In this document: positions 63,668 to 64,000 of the stretch, piece by piece | How the letters are laid out: each line of letters opens with the position of its first letter | Position numbering within the stretch: the stretch's first letter is position 1 | Assembly: GCA_049509455.1 (NCBI GenBank) | Contig: JBEKZX010000003.1 | Location: 1,099 to 65,098, forward strand | DNA: 64,000 nt | Reading direction: 5' to 3' | Source of the DNA: Conexivisphaerales archaeon | GTDB taxonomy: Archaea > Thermoproteota > Nitrososphaeria > Conexivisphaerales > DTJL01 | Made by a program: the position numbers and the translations under genes | The notes under the pieces: model-generated | Told to the model about the DNA's origin: nothing | What the model saw: only the letters and a program-made list of their open reading frames with translations | Databases searched by the model: none

Positions 63668-64000
63668 TTACTCTTCACTCCAGTCGGACCTGGCGTACCT
63701 TCCACGACGTTCTATGTCGACAACACGCCTCCATATGCGTTCCGCAAAGGCGCTTCCTCCCTCCTGGGAGTAACCCTCCCTGAACGCTTCTAGGGCGGCC
63801 CTGCTCAGCGAGCTGTGGGCGCTGTGGAAAACCTCCTTGACGAGATGGAGGTCCACCGCGAGGTCCTCGACGGCGCCCGACCGGTGCGAAAGGCCAAAGT
63901 CCACCACCGCCAGCCTGCCGCCGGAGAGGATGAAATTCGATGTCGTGGGATCCCCATGGACTACGTTGTTCAAGTGAAGGCGCGCCAGATGGAAACCCAT
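63668..64000 (-). CDS. bud32: Bud32/PRPK-type KEOPS kinase, C-terminal part (5' end outside window)
   Basis: HGDPTTSNFI and VVDFGLS kinase motifs. The ORF runs off the window edge. Confidence 0.8.
   Translation of the reverse strand: MGFHLARLHLNNVVHGDPTTSNFILSGGRLAVVDFGLSHRSGAVEDLAVDLHLVKEVFHSAHSSLSRAALEAFREGYSQEGGSAFAERIWRRVVDIERRGRYARSDWSEE

Noticed and set aside
1-64000. Window-wide look for CRISPR arrays, rRNA genes, transposases/integrases, long inverted repeats and toxin-antitoxin or defence cassettes.
   Set aside because: I saw no regularly spaced direct repeats, no rRNA-like conserved blocks, and no ORFs with DDE, tyrosine-recombinase or nuclease-defence hallmarks. This rests on visual inspection only, so short or degenerate elements could have been missed.

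Overview
This is a densely coding archaeal chromosomal window, GC-rich by eye, with genes on both strands. Two large minus-strand translation/transcription clusters dominate it. The first is S13-S4-S11-RpoD-L18e-L13-S9 at 8.0-11.5 kb. The second runs from 19.2 to 36.1 kb and is split in two: L3-L4-L23-L2-S19, and L22-S3-L29-Rpp29-S17-L14-L24-S4e-L5-S14-S8-L6-L32e-L19e-L18-S5-L30-L15-SecY-AdkA-DUF106-Cmk-Cbf5. Scattered housekeeping genes include GlmS, Udp, Apt, RpiA, Sm/L37e, SepF, aCPSF1, two proteasome beta paralogs, G1P dehydrogenase, FKBP, NMNAT, RtcA, translin-like, EndoV, L15e, SerRS, S3Ae, S15, a RecJ-like DHH protein, Pcc1, Bud32 and HAM1/RdgB. There are three tRNA genes. tRNA-Ser(GGA) and tRNA-Ile(GAU) can only be folded if short bulge-helix-bulge introns are removed, two of them at non-canonical positions; tRNA-Ala(UGC) is uninterrupted. 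Accessory or less ordinary content includes a xanthine-dehydrogenase-family enzyme (partial), an MmgE/PrpD protein convergent with a ComA homolog, and a TusA/DsrE2/TusA/SQR-like/ArsR sulfur-relay island. It also includes ArsM, an orphan TorD-like chaperone with a duplicated polyferredoxin, a tightly packed RtcA / proteasome-beta(Thr1Ala) / translin / EndoV gene string, a roughly 630-nt gene-free structured spacer and a roughly 2-kb gene-poor stretch. I found no rRNA, CRISPR array, transposase or integrase. Two ribosomal genes under 60 aa (S14, L37e) are absent from the ORF track and were recovered by hand translation. Function calls rest on recognised motifs and gene order only, since no searches could be run.
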